A stretch of DNA of 44,446 bases from an uncultured Collinsella sp. (GCA_902489855.1 CABUBS010000001.1:1-44446); one strand, 5' to 3'; shown: positions 1 through 10,733, counted from the first letter of the stretch. The notes: a model not told the origin generated them from the letters alone. Program-made: numbers and translations.

Positions 1-14
1 CATGGTCGCTATTC

Positions 15-92
15 CCCGCGCTGCGCTAAAAACGCGCCACGGGCGCGTTTTCTTTACGCTCCGCGCCCTGGCGGGTTCGAATCCCTCCTCCT
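15..92 (+). repeat. tRNA-associated element: GC hairpin followed by an inverted copy of the tRNA-Ser T-arm/acceptor strand
   Basis: Hairpin aaaacgcgcc-acg-ggcgcgtttt. 73-92 (gggttcgaatccctcctcct) is the exact reverse complement of 168-187. May continue beyond the window start. Confidence 0.7.
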
Positions 93-122
93 TCGTCGTA
101 TTTGTTTGTAAGGGACTCAAAA

Positions 123-151
123 CAAAAAAGTTCCCATTCTCGGGAGCTTTC
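123..151 (-). terminator. Intrinsic terminator after tRNA-Ser(CGA)
   Basis: Stem aaagttccc/gggagcttt followed by a T-run on the minus strand. Confidence 0.6.
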
Positions 152-161
152 TCAATCTAAA

Positions 162-252
162 TGGCGGAGGAGGAGGGATTCGAACCCTCGTGACCTTATA
201 CAGGCCAAACGGTTTTCGAGACCGCCGCATTCAACCACTCTGCCACCCCTCC
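162..252 (-). tRNA. tRNA-Ser (anticodon CGA)
   Basis: Reverse complement GGAGGGGTGGCAGAGTGG...cggtCTCGAAAaccg, long variable arm, GGGTTCGAATCCC...CTCCGCCA. Confidence 0.97.
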
Positions 253-261
253 GCGTGGGGT

Positions 262-291
262 AAAAACAAAGCAGGCTCGAAGGCCTGCTTT
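262..291 (-). terminator. Hairpin/terminator between the two tRNAs
   Basis: aaagcaggc-tcgaag-gcctgcttt with a T-rich tail on the minus strand. Confidence 0.5.
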
Positions 292-300
292 GGAATTAAC

Positions 301-391
301 TGGCGGAGAGTCAGGGATTTGAACCCTGGAGACGCTTTTGACGCCTACACGATTTCCAATCGTGCTCCTTCGGCCACTCGGACAACTCTCC
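301..391 (-). tRNA. tRNA-Ser (anticodon GGA)
   Basis: Reverse complement GGAGAGTTGTCCGAGTGG...cacgaTTGGAAAtcgtg, long variable arm, GGGTTCAAATCCC...CTCCGCCA. Confidence 0.97.
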
Positions 392-407
392 GTTAAATGC
401 GAAAGTC

Positions 408-435
408 AGTATACACGAGGAATCGCAAAGTGCAA
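408..435 (-). promoter_or_regulatory. sigma70-type promoter for the tRNA pair
   Basis: TTGCAC-16 nt-TATACT on the minus strand just upstream of tRNA-Ser(GGA). Confidence 0.55.
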
Positions 436-795
436 ACAGAAAAGTTGGCATTTTTTAAAACGCTTGGCCGCGCCTGGCGTTGCAGTGGGGTTTGAGATGC
501 CAAAAAACGGCTTCCGACCGGCGTGGTTGATCAACTCAATTGTTCAAAAGGGGTATTCATAAGCGACTTGGCAATGAATTTAAAAATCTTTGGGTGGTAC
601 TGTGGACCACTGGTATGCATTTTGCGACCACAGCCTTGTGCCCGTTGACCTGCGGCTTGGCTCAGCTTGTCCCCGCGGCATCGTATCTTGTCCACAAATC
701 CGTCAAGCTCTTGGTCGGCATTTGGTTGGAATGCGCATGAAACGTCGTGCGAGTATGGACATATGTGGAGGTCATGAGGTTGTAGCTGCATATTC

Positions 796-824
796 TTGCG
801 GCATGGGAGGTTGAAAGATATTAT
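796..824 (+). promoter_or_regulatory. sigma70-type promoter of the rpsF operon
   Basis: TTGCGG-17 nt-TATTAT. Confidence 0.5.
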
Positions 825-831
825 TACCAAG

Positions 832-892
832 TCTTTTCCTGCTTCAGGCGCACCTTCACGACCTGAAGCCACATTTGCCCAGAGGAGGTGAC
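832..892 (+). ncRNA. S6:S18 ribosomal protein leader (autoregulatory 5' UTR)
   Basis: Hairpin gcttcagg/cctgaagc, unpaired CCC, and tcct able to pair with the AGGAGG SD, directly upstream of rpsF. Confidence 0.65.
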
Positions 893-895
893 AAT

Positions 896-1189
896 ATGAA
901 GGCTTATGAACTGCTGTTCTTTGTTGACCCGTCGCTCGACCCCGAGACTCGTCTCGCTGTTATGAAGCGTATCGATACCACGATCGCTGAGGGCGCTGGC
1001 AAGGTCGACTCCGTTGACGAGTGGGGCAAGCGCAAGCTCGCCTACGAGATCAACGACCTCACCGATGGTGACTACACCCTCATCAACTTCCACGCAGATC
1101 CTACCCAGATCGCCGAGCTTGATCGCGTCCTGCGCATCACCGACGCTGTGGTCCGCCACATGATCGTCCGTCGCGACGACCAGGAGTAA
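896..1189 (+). CDS. rpsF: 30S ribosomal protein S6
   Basis: MKAYELLFF...WGKRKLAYEI; SD GGAGG before ATG 896. Confidence 0.97.
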   Translation: MKAYELLFFVDPSLDPETRLAVMKRIDTTIAEGAGKVDSVDEWGKRKLAYEINDLTDGDYTLINFHADPTQIAELDRVLRITDAVVRHMIVRRDDQE

Positions 1190-1237
1190 GACTGTCGTTT
1201 TGGACTGGGCTTGTGCCCCAAGAGGAAGTAGTGAGTT

Positions 1238-1690
1238 ATGAGCATCAATCGAGTGAACATCACCGGTAACCTCACCCGCGATCCCGAGCTGCGCGCCACC
1301 GCCGGCGGAACCCAGGTTCTGTCCTTTGGCGTCGCCGTGAACGATCGTCGCCGCAACGCGCAGACTGGCGAGTGGGAGGACTATCCCAACTTTGTCGACT
1401 GCACCATGTTCGGCACCCGCGCCGAGGCCGTGAGCCGTTTCCTGGCAAAGGGAAACAAGGTCGCGATCGAGGGCAAGCTGCGCTACAGCTCTTGGGAGCG
1501 CGACGGCCAGCGCCGGAGCAAGCTTGAGGTCATCGTCGATGAGATCGAGTTTATGAGCTCCCGTGGTGGCCAGGGTGGCTACGATCAGGGCGGTTACGCC
1601 CCCGCAGCTCCCGCGCCCGCAGCACGTCCCGCCGCGCCGGTGGCTACGCCGCCTGCGGTCGACGTCTACGATGAGGACATCCCGTTCTAA
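1238..1690 (+). CDS. ssb: Single-stranded DNA-binding protein
   Basis: INRVNITGNLTRDPELR; acidic DEDIPF tail. Confidence 0.97.
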   Translation: MSINRVNITGNLTRDPELRATAGGTQVLSFGVAVNDRRRNAQTGEWEDYPNFVDCTMFGTRAEAVSRFLAKGNKVAIEGKLRYSSWERDGQRRSKLEVIVDEIEFMSSRGGQGGYDQGGYAPAAPAPAARPAAPVATPPAVDVYDEDIPF

Positions 1691-1762
1691 GGGTTGTTCA
1701 CCTATTTTTGAGTGAGAGGCGACTTTGGTTCGCCGAAGTTGCCAAATGAAAGGTATTTTGAC

Positions 1763-2029
1763 ATGGCTAATGATTATTCTGCACGTCAGCCGCGTCGTAA
1801 GTACTGCCAGTTCTGCAAGGAGAACACTGAGTTCATCGACTATAAGGACACTCAGCTTCTCCGTAAGTACATGACCGACCGTGGCAAGATCAAGCCCCGT
1901 CGCGTCACTGGCGCTTGCACGCAGCATCAGCATGACATCGCCAACGCCATCAAGCGCGCCCGCGAGATGGCTCTCCTGCCGTACACCGTCCCCGTGGTTT
2001 CCTCTCGTGGCAACCGCGACCGCGGCTAA
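1763..2029 (+). CDS. rpsR: 30S ribosomal protein S18 (Zn-binding form)
   Basis: RRKYCQFC...IDYKD...[12 protein letters not shown]...[13 protein letters not shown]. Confidence 0.97.
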   Translation: MANDYSARQPRRKYCQFCKENTEFIDYKDTQLLRKYMTDRGKIKPRRVTGACTQHQHDIANAIKRAREMALLPYTVPVVSSRGNRDRG

Positions 2030-2044
2030 GAAGGGAGACGCATC

Positions 2045-2584
2045 ATGAAGGTTATTCTTCTCGATGAGATCAAGGGCAAGGGCGGCGAGGGTGACGTCGT
2101 AGAGGTCGCTCAGGGTTACGCTGAGAACTTCCTGTTCCCCAAGAAGCTCGCTGTTGCCGCCACCAAGGGCAACCTCAAGCAGCTTGACGAGCGTCGCAAC
2201 AACATCGCCAAGCGCGAGGCCGTCCGTCTGGCTACCGCCAACGAGACCAAGGCTGCCTTCGAGGGCAAGACGGTCACCGTTGACGTCAAGGTCGGCGACG
2301 AGGGCATCCTCTTTGGCTCCGTTACCGCCGCTATGATCGCTGACGCCATCAAGGCTCAGCTCGGTATGGACATCGACCGCAAGCGCGTCGAGCTCGGTAA
2401 GCCCATCAAGGTTGCCGGTGCCCACACCGTTGCCATCTCGCTGTACCGCGAGATCAAGGCCGAGGTTGTCGTTCTCGTCGGCGTTACTGCCGAGGAGCTC
2501 GCTGCCGAGGCTGAGGTCGAGGAGGCCGCTGAGGTCGCCGAGGCCGAGACCGCCGAGGTCGAGACTGAGGCTGCTGCCGAGTAG
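2045..2584 (+). CDS. rplI: 50S ribosomal protein L9 with acidic C-terminal tail
   Basis: MKVILL...GYAENFLFPK...LFGSVT. Confidence 0.97.
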   Translation: MKVILLDEIKGKGGEGDVVEVAQGYAENFLFPKKLAVAATKGNLKQLDERRNNIAKREAVRLATANETKAAFEGKTVTVDVKVGDEGILFGSVTAAMIADAIKAQLGMDIDRKRVELGKPIKVAGAHTVAISLYREIKAEVVVLVGVTAEELAAEAEVEEAAEVAEAETAEVETEAAAE

Positions 2585-2616
2585 CATTTGCTGCAACGCA
2601 ACAATCTTGTTCTAAG

Positions 2617-2655
2617 AAGGGCGCTCTGGGAAACCAGGGTGCCCTTTTGTTTTTT
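2617..2655 (+). terminator. Intrinsic terminator of the rpsF operon
   Basis: aagggcgctctgg-gaaa-ccagggtgccctt plus T-run. Confidence 0.8.
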
Positions 2656-2808
2656 GCGCTGAGTGAGTGTCATGGTGAACGTTGCGTCGAAGTCTTATAT
2701 ACAGGACCGTTCATCCGTTTGGTTCGGTGATGATTGGCGGCTCGCGGCGCGTTTTGGGATCGTGGCTGATACTATGGATGCTCGCAAGCGATATGAATGA
2801 GGATGCTC

Positions 2809-4200
2809 ATGGCATATGACGATAGGGAGACCGGGCTGACGGTTGAGGACCGCGGCTCAAAGTTGGGTCTTCCCCAAAACCAAGATGCAGAGGCCAATGT
2901 ACTGGCCGCTATGCTGCTATCGCCCGAGGTGGTCGAAGAAGCCCAGGTCGAGCTGCAGCCCGATGACTTCTACCGGCCCATTCATAAGACCATCTATACC
3001 GCGATGGTCGATATGTACAACAGCCGCATTCCCATCGACTCCATCTCGCTGATCGATTACCTACGAAGCATCAACAAGCTCGATGCCGTGGGCGGCGAAG
3101 CGTACATTTTGGAGTTGATGGGTCAGACCCTGTCGCTCGTCAACTGGCAGCACCATGCCGCCATCGTTCGCCGTGATTCGATGCTGCGTGAGCTGATCGG
3201 TGCCACCAACGAGATCAACGCGCTGGCATATAACGCCCCCACCGACACCAAAGAGGTTGTCGAGCTGGCCGAGAGCAAGCTACTCAAGGTTACGGCGCGC
3301 GAGGTCAAGTCGAGCTACAAGACGCTGACCGAGTTTATGGTCGAGGCCTATAACGAGGCCGAGGAAGTGTGCCAGGCCGGTGGCCAGGCCGCGGGCGTGC
3401 CCACTGGCTTTCCGTCGCTCGACCGCATGCTCATGGGCTTCCGCGAGGGCCAGCTCATCATCATCGGCGCCCGTCCTGCTGTAGGTAAGACGTCGTTCGC
3501 TCTGAACCTGGCACTTAACGCTGCCGCTGCTGGTTATACCGTCGGCTTCTTCTCGCTGGAGATGTCGGGCAAGGAAATTGCCCAGCGCCTGATTTGCGCC
3601 TACGCCATGATCTCGATCAGTGACTTCCGCATGGGCCGCATTAGCCCCGAGCAGTGGGCCAATATCAACGAGGCCACGCAGACCTTGTCCAAGCTCGATA
3701 TTCTGATTGACGATACGCCCGGCACCACAGTGACCGAGATTCGCGCCAAGAGCCGCCGCATGCTCCATAACAAGGAGAAGGCAATCATCATCCTGGACTA
3801 CCTGCAGCTGGTGAGTCCTCCGCCGGGACGCCGCTCCGAGAGCCGTACCGTCGAGGTTTCGGAGATGTCGCGTGGCCTGAAGATCATGGCCAAGGAGCTC
3901 AAGATCCCGCTCATCGCGCTGTCGCAGCTCTCGCGTCAGGTCGAATCCCGTACCGGCAAGCGCCCGCAACTTTCCGACCTTCGTGAATCGGGCTCCATCG
4001 AGCAGGACGCCGATATCGTTATGTTCTTGGACCGCTCCGCCGACGAGGCCGAGGCCTCGCGCGACGATCGACCCGACGAGGGCGTTACGCGTATCGTCGT
4101 GGCCAAGAACCGTTCGGGCCCGATCGGCGACGTCGACCTGATGTTCCTGCCGGCATCCACCAAGTTCTATGAGCTTGATGGGGCACATGCCGAGGAGTAG
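2809..4200 (+). CDS. dnaB: Replicative DNA helicase
   Basis: GARPAVGKT Walker A, DYLQL, SDLRESGSIEQDAD, KNRSGP. Confidence 0.97.
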   Translation: MAYDDRETGLTVEDRGSKLGLPQNQDAEANVLAAMLLSPEVVEEAQVELQPDDFYRPIHKTIYTAMVDMYNSRIPIDSISLIDYLRSINKLDAVGGEAYILELMGQTLSLVNWQHHAAIVRRDSMLRELIGATNEINALAYNAPTDTKEVVELAESKLLKVTAREVKSSYKTLTEFMVEAYNEAEEVCQAGGQAAGVPTGFPSLDRMLMGFREGQLIIIGARPAVGKTSFALNLALNAAAAGYTVGFFSLEMSGKEIAQRLICAYAMISISDFRMGRISPEQWANINEATQTLSKLDILIDDTPGTTVTEIRAKSRRMLHNKEKAIIILDYLQLVSPPPGRRSESRTVEVSEMSRGLKIMAKELKIPLIALSQLSRQVESRTGKRPQLSDLRESGSIEQDADIVMFLDRSADEAEASRDDRPDEGVTRIVVAKNRSGPIGDVDLMFLPASTKFYELDGAHAEE

Positions 4201-4284
4201 GACAGGCGCCCGTTGCACGGGTATACTGGGAATGTTTTGTGCTTCTGCGTGCCGGCGTGGCGCGTAGACAGTCCATGAATGTAA

Positions 4285-5580
<1,296 letters not shown>

Positions 5581-5698
5581 TCGGGACTATTTGGTTATTG
5601 CGATATACCCCTTTGCAGCCCGGACGGGCGGCCGAGGGGTATATTTGCTTGCAAAGGGCTCGCGCGGAGCGGGCCGTTCATCCATAGAGGAGGCACCC

Positions 5699-7003
5699 TT
5701 GAAGGCGGACACTCAAACCATCGACATCCTGTTGTTGGGCAGCGGCGGCCGTGAGCATGCTTTGGCAGCTAAGCTCGCAGCATCACCGCGCGCCGGCAAG
5801 CTCTACATTGCGCCGGGTAACGGCGGCACCGCGAGCTGCGGCGAGAACGTTGTTCTCGACGACTGCGATCCTGCGGCCGTGGCGGCGTTTGCGCAGAGCC
5901 GCGGATGCGGACTCGTGGTAATTGGCCCCGAGGCTCCGCTCGTGGCGGGCGTGGCCGACGCCGTGCGCGCGGCGGGTATTCCCTGCTTTGGCCCGGGTGC
6001 CGAGGGCGCCCAGATGGAGGGCTCCAAGCTGTTCTCCAAGCAGCTCATGGAACGTGCGGGCATTCCGACGGCAGCCTACGGCTCGTTTACCGACGAGGCT
6101 TCGGCTCTCGCCTACGTGCGCGAGCAGGGCGCCCCGCTGGTCGTCAAGGCCGACGGCCTTGCCGCGGGCAAGGGCGTTATCGTGGCGACCGAACTTGAGC
6201 AGGCCGAGGAGGCCGTGCGCGAGTGCTTTGGCGGCACCTTTGGCGATGCCGGCAGCACCGTGGTTATCGAGGAGATGCTCGTTGGTCCCGAGTGCTCGCT
6301 GCTGGCCTTTACCGACGGCAAGACCGTGCGCCCCATGGCTACCTCGCAGGACCACAAGCGCGCGCTCGAGGGCGACCTTGGTCCCAACACCGGCGGCATG
6401 GGCGTCTACAGCCCGGTGCCCATCGTGACTGACGAGGAGCACGCCACCATGGTGGAGGTCATGGAGCAGACCGTGGCCGAGCTCGCCGCCGAGGGTATCG
6501 ACTACCGCGGCTGCCTGTACGGTGGCTTTATGCTCACGCCTGCCGGTCCCAAGGTGCTGGAGTTCAACGCCCGCTTTGGCGACCCCGAGACGCAGGTCGT
6601 GCTGCCGCGCCTTAAGAACGACTTGGTCGAGGTTATGCTCGCCTGCGCCAATTGCGAACTCGATCAGATTGAGCTCGACTGGCGTGACGAGTGGGCCGTG
6701 GCTGTTGTCCTGACGAGCGCGGGCTATCCCGGCAGCTACGAGAAGGGCAAGGTCATCACCGGTATCGCCGACGCCGAGGCCATGGAGAACGTGACCGTGT
6801 ACCATGCCGGCACCGCCGTGGTGGACGGCCAGCTCGTGACCAACGGCGGCCGCGTGCTTGCCGTGACCGCCCTGGGCGACACGTTCGAGAACGCTCGCAA
6901 CCTTGCCTACGAGGCCTGCGAGAAGATTGATTTTGAGGGCAAGACCCTGCGTCACGACATTGGCCTGCGTGCGCTGCGCGGCCGCGACGCCTGGGATGCC
7001 TAA
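5699..7003 (+). CDS. purD: Phosphoribosylamine-glycine ligase
   Basis: GSGGREHAL, KADGLAAGKGV, GPNTGGMG, EFNARFGDPETQ; TTG start after GGAGG. Confidence 0.97.
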   Translation: MKADTQTIDILLLGSGGREHALAAKLAASPRAGKLYIAPGNGGTASCGENVVLDDCDPAAVAAFAQSRGCGLVVIGPEAPLVAGVADAVRAAGIPCFGPGAEGAQMEGSKLFSKQLMERAGIPTAAYGSFTDEASALAYVREQGAPLVVKADGLAAGKGVIVATELEQAEEAVRECFGGTFGDAGSTVVIEEMLVGPECSLLAFTDGKTVRPMATSQDHKRALEGDLGPNTGGMGVYSPVPIVTDEEHATMVEVMEQTVAELAAEGIDYRGCLYGGFMLTPAGPKVLEFNARFGDPETQVVLPRLKNDLVEVMLACANCELDQIELDWRDEWAVAVVLTSAGYPGSYEKGKVITGIADAEAMENVTVYHAGTAVVDGQLVTNGGRVLAVTALGDTFENARNLAYEACEKIDFEGKTLRHDIGLRALRGRDAWDA

Positions 7004-7015
7004 AATCCGAGAGGA

Positions 7016-7720
7016 ATGAGACGGATGGACGAGAAGAACGAAGAGCTCGTGGACGCGCAGATCGTCGAGCAGGACGGTCGCACGTACGGACACGCCGAGG
7101 GCGAGCCCGGTGGCGAGGTCGTCGATGAGCCGGCACTGGTGCTGGGCGACGACGACCCGCACGATGCCGAGCTGCACGAGAAGATTCTTTCGGAGGAGTG
7201 CGCCTGGAAGGGCAAGATCCTCGATGTCCACCGTCTTGAGGTTGAGCTGCCCAACGGCCACCGCAGCGCCCGCGATGTGATTCGCCATCCGGGCGCGGCG
7301 GCCGTTGTGGCGCTTACCGAGAGCGGCAAGATCGTGCTGGTGCGTCAGTACCGCACGGCGATCGACCGCGTGACGGTCGAGATCCCCGCCGGCAAGCTCG
7401 ATCCGGGCGAGGATCCGCTTGATTGCGCCAAGCGTGAGCTGCACGAGGAGACGGGCTTTAGAGCCGGTCGCATCCGCTTTTTGACGTCGATTGTCACGAC
7501 CTGCGGTTTTTGCGATGAGATCATCCACATCTACTTGGCTACCAAGCTCGAGTTTGATGCGCCCAACCCCGATGATGACGAGTTTGTCAACGTGGACCTG
7601 GTGCCGCTGCACGAGCTGATCGACGCCGTGCTCGATGGCAAGATCGAAGACGCCAAGACCGTCGTGGGCGCCTTGGCCTGCGATAGCATCGCGCACCGAC
7701 TAGGCGGAGCGGAGCTTTAA
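7016..7720 (+). CDS. NUDIX hydrolase, ADP-ribose pyrophosphatase-like
   Basis: Nudix box GKLDPGEDPLDCAKRELHEETG; HPGAAAV, RQYR. Confidence 0.9.
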   Translation: MRRMDEKNEELVDAQIVEQDGRTYGHAEGEPGGEVVDEPALVLGDDDPHDAELHEKILSEECAWKGKILDVHRLEVELPNGHRSARDVIRHPGAAAVVALTESGKIVLVRQYRTAIDRVTVEIPAGKLDPGEDPLDCAKRELHEETGFRAGRIRFLTSIVTTCGFCDEIIHIYLATKLEFDAPNPDDDEFVNVDLVPLHELIDAVLDGKIEDAKTVVGALACDSIAHRLGGAEL

Positions 7721-7760
7721 CGAGCGGGGATGATCCCGCAGGTTTGTGTAAGTCAGCGAA

Positions 7761-7856
7761 AGTGCTCCATTTGAGACAAGGTGGCCTAAAAGAGGAGGGA
7801 AGCGTATGGATATACGCGACCGACGATTGAAGGCCAGATTGTCCAAATGGAGCACT
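7761..7856. repeat. ~26-bp imperfect inverted repeat around a 43-bp spacer
   Basis: agtgctccatttgagacaaggtggcct versus aggccagattgtccaaatggagcact. Confidence 0.75.
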
Positions 7857-7904
7857 TGCAGCGTCGAGACGAAACGCGGTTTGGTAAAACCGCGTAAGGT
7901 GATT

Positions 7905-9677
7905 ATGTTTAAGAGGTTTCTTTCGTATTACGAGCCCCAGATGGGGCTTTTTGTTGCTGATACTGTTTGTGCTCTGGTGCTTGCCGCCATTGACCTTGCT
8001 TTTCCTATTATTCTGCGTAATTTGACCGGTGGGCTATTTACTCAGGGTCAGGCTGCCATTATGCAGGCGCTCGGTATGATCGCGGTGGGCTTGGTGCTGA
8101 TGTATGCCATCCGCTGCGCCTGCCGCTACTTTGTGAGCTATTGGGGCCACGTGATGGGCGCGCGCATGGAGTCCAAGATGCGCGAGGACCTGTTCGACCA
8201 GTATGAGCGCTTTAGCTTTGCGTACTTCGATCGCAACAGCTCGGGCGATATGATGAGCCGCGTGGTCAACGACCTGTTCGATATCTGCGAGGCGGCACAT
8301 CACGTGCCCGAGTGGATCATCATCTGCGGTATCGAGATTATCGGCTCGTTTGTGATTTTGTTTACCATCGCCCCGGTGCTGGCGCTTGCCATGGCCGTGG
8401 TGACGGCGGCATTCGCGGTCATCATGTTTTGGCAGAACATGCGCATGCGCGAGGTCTTTAGCGACAACCGCAAAAAGATCAGCGGCATTAATGCGCAGCT
8501 GCAGGACTCACTGGCGGGCATGCGAGTGGTCAAGAGTTTTGCGAATGAAGAGGCCGAGCGCTCCAAGTTCCGCGCCTCCAACAATCGCTATCTTTCGTCC
8601 AAGGAGAACATGTATCACGCCATGGGCGTCTATACCGCGACGTATGGCCTGCTTTCGGGCGTGCTCTACGTGATCGTGGTGCTGCTCGGCGGTTGGTTGG
8701 TGGCACAAGGCCAGCTGCAAGCGGTCGATATGGCGACCTTCGCGCTCTACATTTCGCTGTTCTGCACGCCGCTCGAGACACTCGTCAATTCGGCCGAAAC
8801 GTATCAGAAGGCTATCGCCGGCTTTAAGCGTATGGACGAGGTGCTCTCGACCGCGCCGGATATCCAGGACAAGCCGGGCGCCACGGATCTGCAGGTGACT
8901 ACCGGCGCCGTGGAGTATCACGACGTGTGCTTTAACTACGAGGACGTTGAGCTGGGCGAGGGTGATGCCGAAGAGCGTCCCGTTATCGACCATATGAATC
9001 TGTCCATCAAGCCCGGGCAGACCATCGCTTTGGTTGGCCCCTCGGGCGGCGGCAAGTCCACGACCTGTTCGCTGCTGCCGCGCTTTTATGACGTGGCTAC
9101 CGGATCCATTAGCATCGACGGCCAGGACGTGCGCGATGTGACGCAGCAGAGCCTGCGCCGCGCCATCGGCCTGGTGCAGCAGGATGTCTATCTGTTTGAC
9201 GGTACGATTGGCGAGAACATCGCCTACGGCAAGCCGGGCGCTACAGCGGAAGAGATCGCCGAGGCCGCCCGTCGCGCCAACATCGATGCCTTTATCGAGT
9301 CGCTTCCACAGAGCTACGACACCGTGGTGGGCGAGCGTGGCAGCCGTCTTTCGGGCGGACAGAAGCAGCGCGTTGCCATCGCGCGCGTGTTTCTCAAGAA
9401 TCCCAAAATCTTGATCTTGGACGAGGCGACGAGTGCTTTGGATAACGAGAGCGAGGAGGCGGTGCAGGAGTCACTCGAAGAACTGGCGCGCGGCCGCACC
9501 ACGATTATTATCGCCCACCGTCTTTCGACCATTAAGCATGCCGATGAGATTGCGACCGTTGAGCATGGTCGCGTTGTGGAGCGTGGCACGCACGAGGAGC
9601 TTCTCGCCCGTGGCGGCACCTATGCCCGTTACTATCGAATGCAGTTCGAAGGTGCGCGTGCGCACGAGCTCGACTGA
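7905..9677 (+). CDS. ABC exporter, fused permease/ATPase (MsbA/multidrug type)
   Basis: N-terminal TM domain, GPSGGGKST, LSGGQKQR, ILILDEATSALD. Confidence 0.93.
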   Translation: MFKRFLSYYEPQMGLFVADTVCALVLAAIDLAFPIILRNLTGGLFTQGQAAIMQALGMIAVGLVLMYAIRCACRYFVSYWGHVMGARMESKMREDLFDQYERFSFAYFDRNSSGDMMSRVVNDLFDICEAAHHVPEWIIICGIEIIGSFVILFTIAPVLALAMAVVTAAFAVIMFWQNMRMREVFSDNRKKISGINAQLQDSLAGMRVVKSFANEEAERSKFRASNNRYLSSKENMYHAMGVYTATYGLLSGVLYVIVVLLGGWLVAQGQLQAVDMATFALYISLFCTPLETLVNSAETYQKAIAGFKRMDEVLSTAPDIQDKPGATDLQVTTGAVEYHDVCFNYEDVELGEGDAEERPVIDHMNLSIKPGQTIALVGPSGGGKSTTCSLLPRFYDVATGSISIDGQDVRDVTQQSLRRAIGLVQQDVYLFDGTIGENIAYGKPGATAEEIAEAARRANIDAFIESLPQSYDTVVGERGSRLSGGQKQRVAIARVFLKNPKILILDEATSALDNESEEAVQESLEELARGRTTIIIAHRLSTIKHADEIATVEHGRVVERGTHEELLARGGTYARYYRMQFEGARAHELD

Positions 9678-9696
9678 TTGATATGACAGGAAGTTT

Positions 9697-10662
9697 ATGG
9701 CTGACAAGAACCCTTTGACTCCGGAAGAAGTGACGGAGTTATTCTCCGAAATCGATGCATCCGGTGTCTTGGATCCCACGCTTGCCAAAAAGCGAACCGA
9801 GCGCATGCGTGAGAAGGAGGCTGCGGCCAAGCGCGGTGACAAAGCTGCGCTAGCGCAGCTGCGCAGCGAGGACCGCGCGAGCCAGGCAAAACATATCGAC
9901 CCGCTGTCCGAGGACGATCCTTCGGGTTCGCAGGTGAGTCATACCATTACGAAGACCGCGATGGCCGTGGTCATCGGTATTTTGGTGTTGATCGTGGGCA
10001 TGCAGGTCGGCTACGGCGTGATGCGTCGTCTGAACACCGCCAACTTGTCCGAGAGCGTTTCGGTCGATACCGTTTCGACGGCGCTGAAGGGCGGCCTTGA
10101 GTGGGGCAACGGCTTTACGCAGTTCCCGCTCGACTTTACCGTCGATGAAGCCGATGAGCGTACGGGCACGGTCGAGGTGACGGTGTTGGACACATCGTCT
10201 GCCAACGAGCTCGAGCTGCTGTCCAACGGGCAGATTCAGGCCGCGGCGCTTGCGACCAACGCGCTGCTCAACGATAAGATCGACCGCGTGGTGTATAACG
10301 TGCACGCCTATATCGACGAGGATAGCAACATTCAGCACGATTCCTTCTTTGGCATGTTTCCCGCCCACGGCCACCAGAGCGCCATCCTGACGTTCGTGTG
10401 GACCAAGAGCTCATCCAACGCCACGAATATCGACTGGAAGATGCGCATCGTGAGTATGGATGACACCATCGCCGAGCGCATTCAAAAACAGGTGAACTCG
10501 GTGTCGTCGTTGATTGAGGACCCGGTGGTGAGCCAGACCAAGATTGACGAGGAAAAGACCGAACGTGACCTGGAGCATCGTCTGCATGGCCGCGAGATTT
10601 TCCGCGGCGGCAAGCCCGATCGCTCACCGTCCGATCTGCTGGAACAGGGCAAGAAAAAGTAA
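9697..10662 (+). CDS. Hypothetical single-pass membrane protein
   Basis: 321-aa ORF with host-like codon usage and one hydrophobic segment (AVVIGILVLIVGMQVG); no recognised domain. Confidence 0.8.
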   Translation: MADKNPLTPEEVTELFSEIDASGVLDPTLAKKRTERMREKEAAAKRGDKAALAQLRSEDRASQAKHIDPLSEDDPSGSQVSHTITKTAMAVVIGILVLIVGMQVGYGVMRRLNTANLSESVSVDTVSTALKGGLEWGNGFTQFPLDFTVDEADERTGTVEVTVLDTSSANELELLSNGQIQAAALATNALLNDKIDRVVYNVHAYIDEDSNIQHDSFFGMFPAHGHQSAILTFVWTKSSSNATNIDWKMRIVSMDDTIAERIQKQVNSVSSLIEDPVVSQTKIDEEKTERDLEHRLHGREIFRGGKPDRSPSDLLEQGKKK

Positions 10663-10700
10663 GAGGCCATCATCCCGCGTGAGTCACAAGCCCACGCGGG

Positions 10701-10733
10701 ATGATTTTTCTGGGACGGGGATTAAAAAATCAT
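10701..10733 (+). repeat. GGGACRG-loop hairpin (REP-like)
   Basis: atgattttt-ctGGGACGGggatta-aaaaatcat. Confidence 0.7.

Noticed and set aside
162..391. tRNA-Ser as the integration site of an island in this window
   Set aside because: No direct repeat of either tRNA 3' end and no integrase; the only copy is inverted.
190..872. Short ORFs over the tRNAs and the rpsF upstream region
   Set aside because: They overlap tRNA genes or regulatory DNA and show no SD or coding bias.
824..2596. 590-aa minus-strand ORF, and similar long antisense ORFs such as 5783-7696, 12207-14099, 24429-26342, 31643-33334 and 38729-40885
   Set aside because: Shadow frames opposite well-recognised genes, expected in high-GC3 DNA; no protein motifs.
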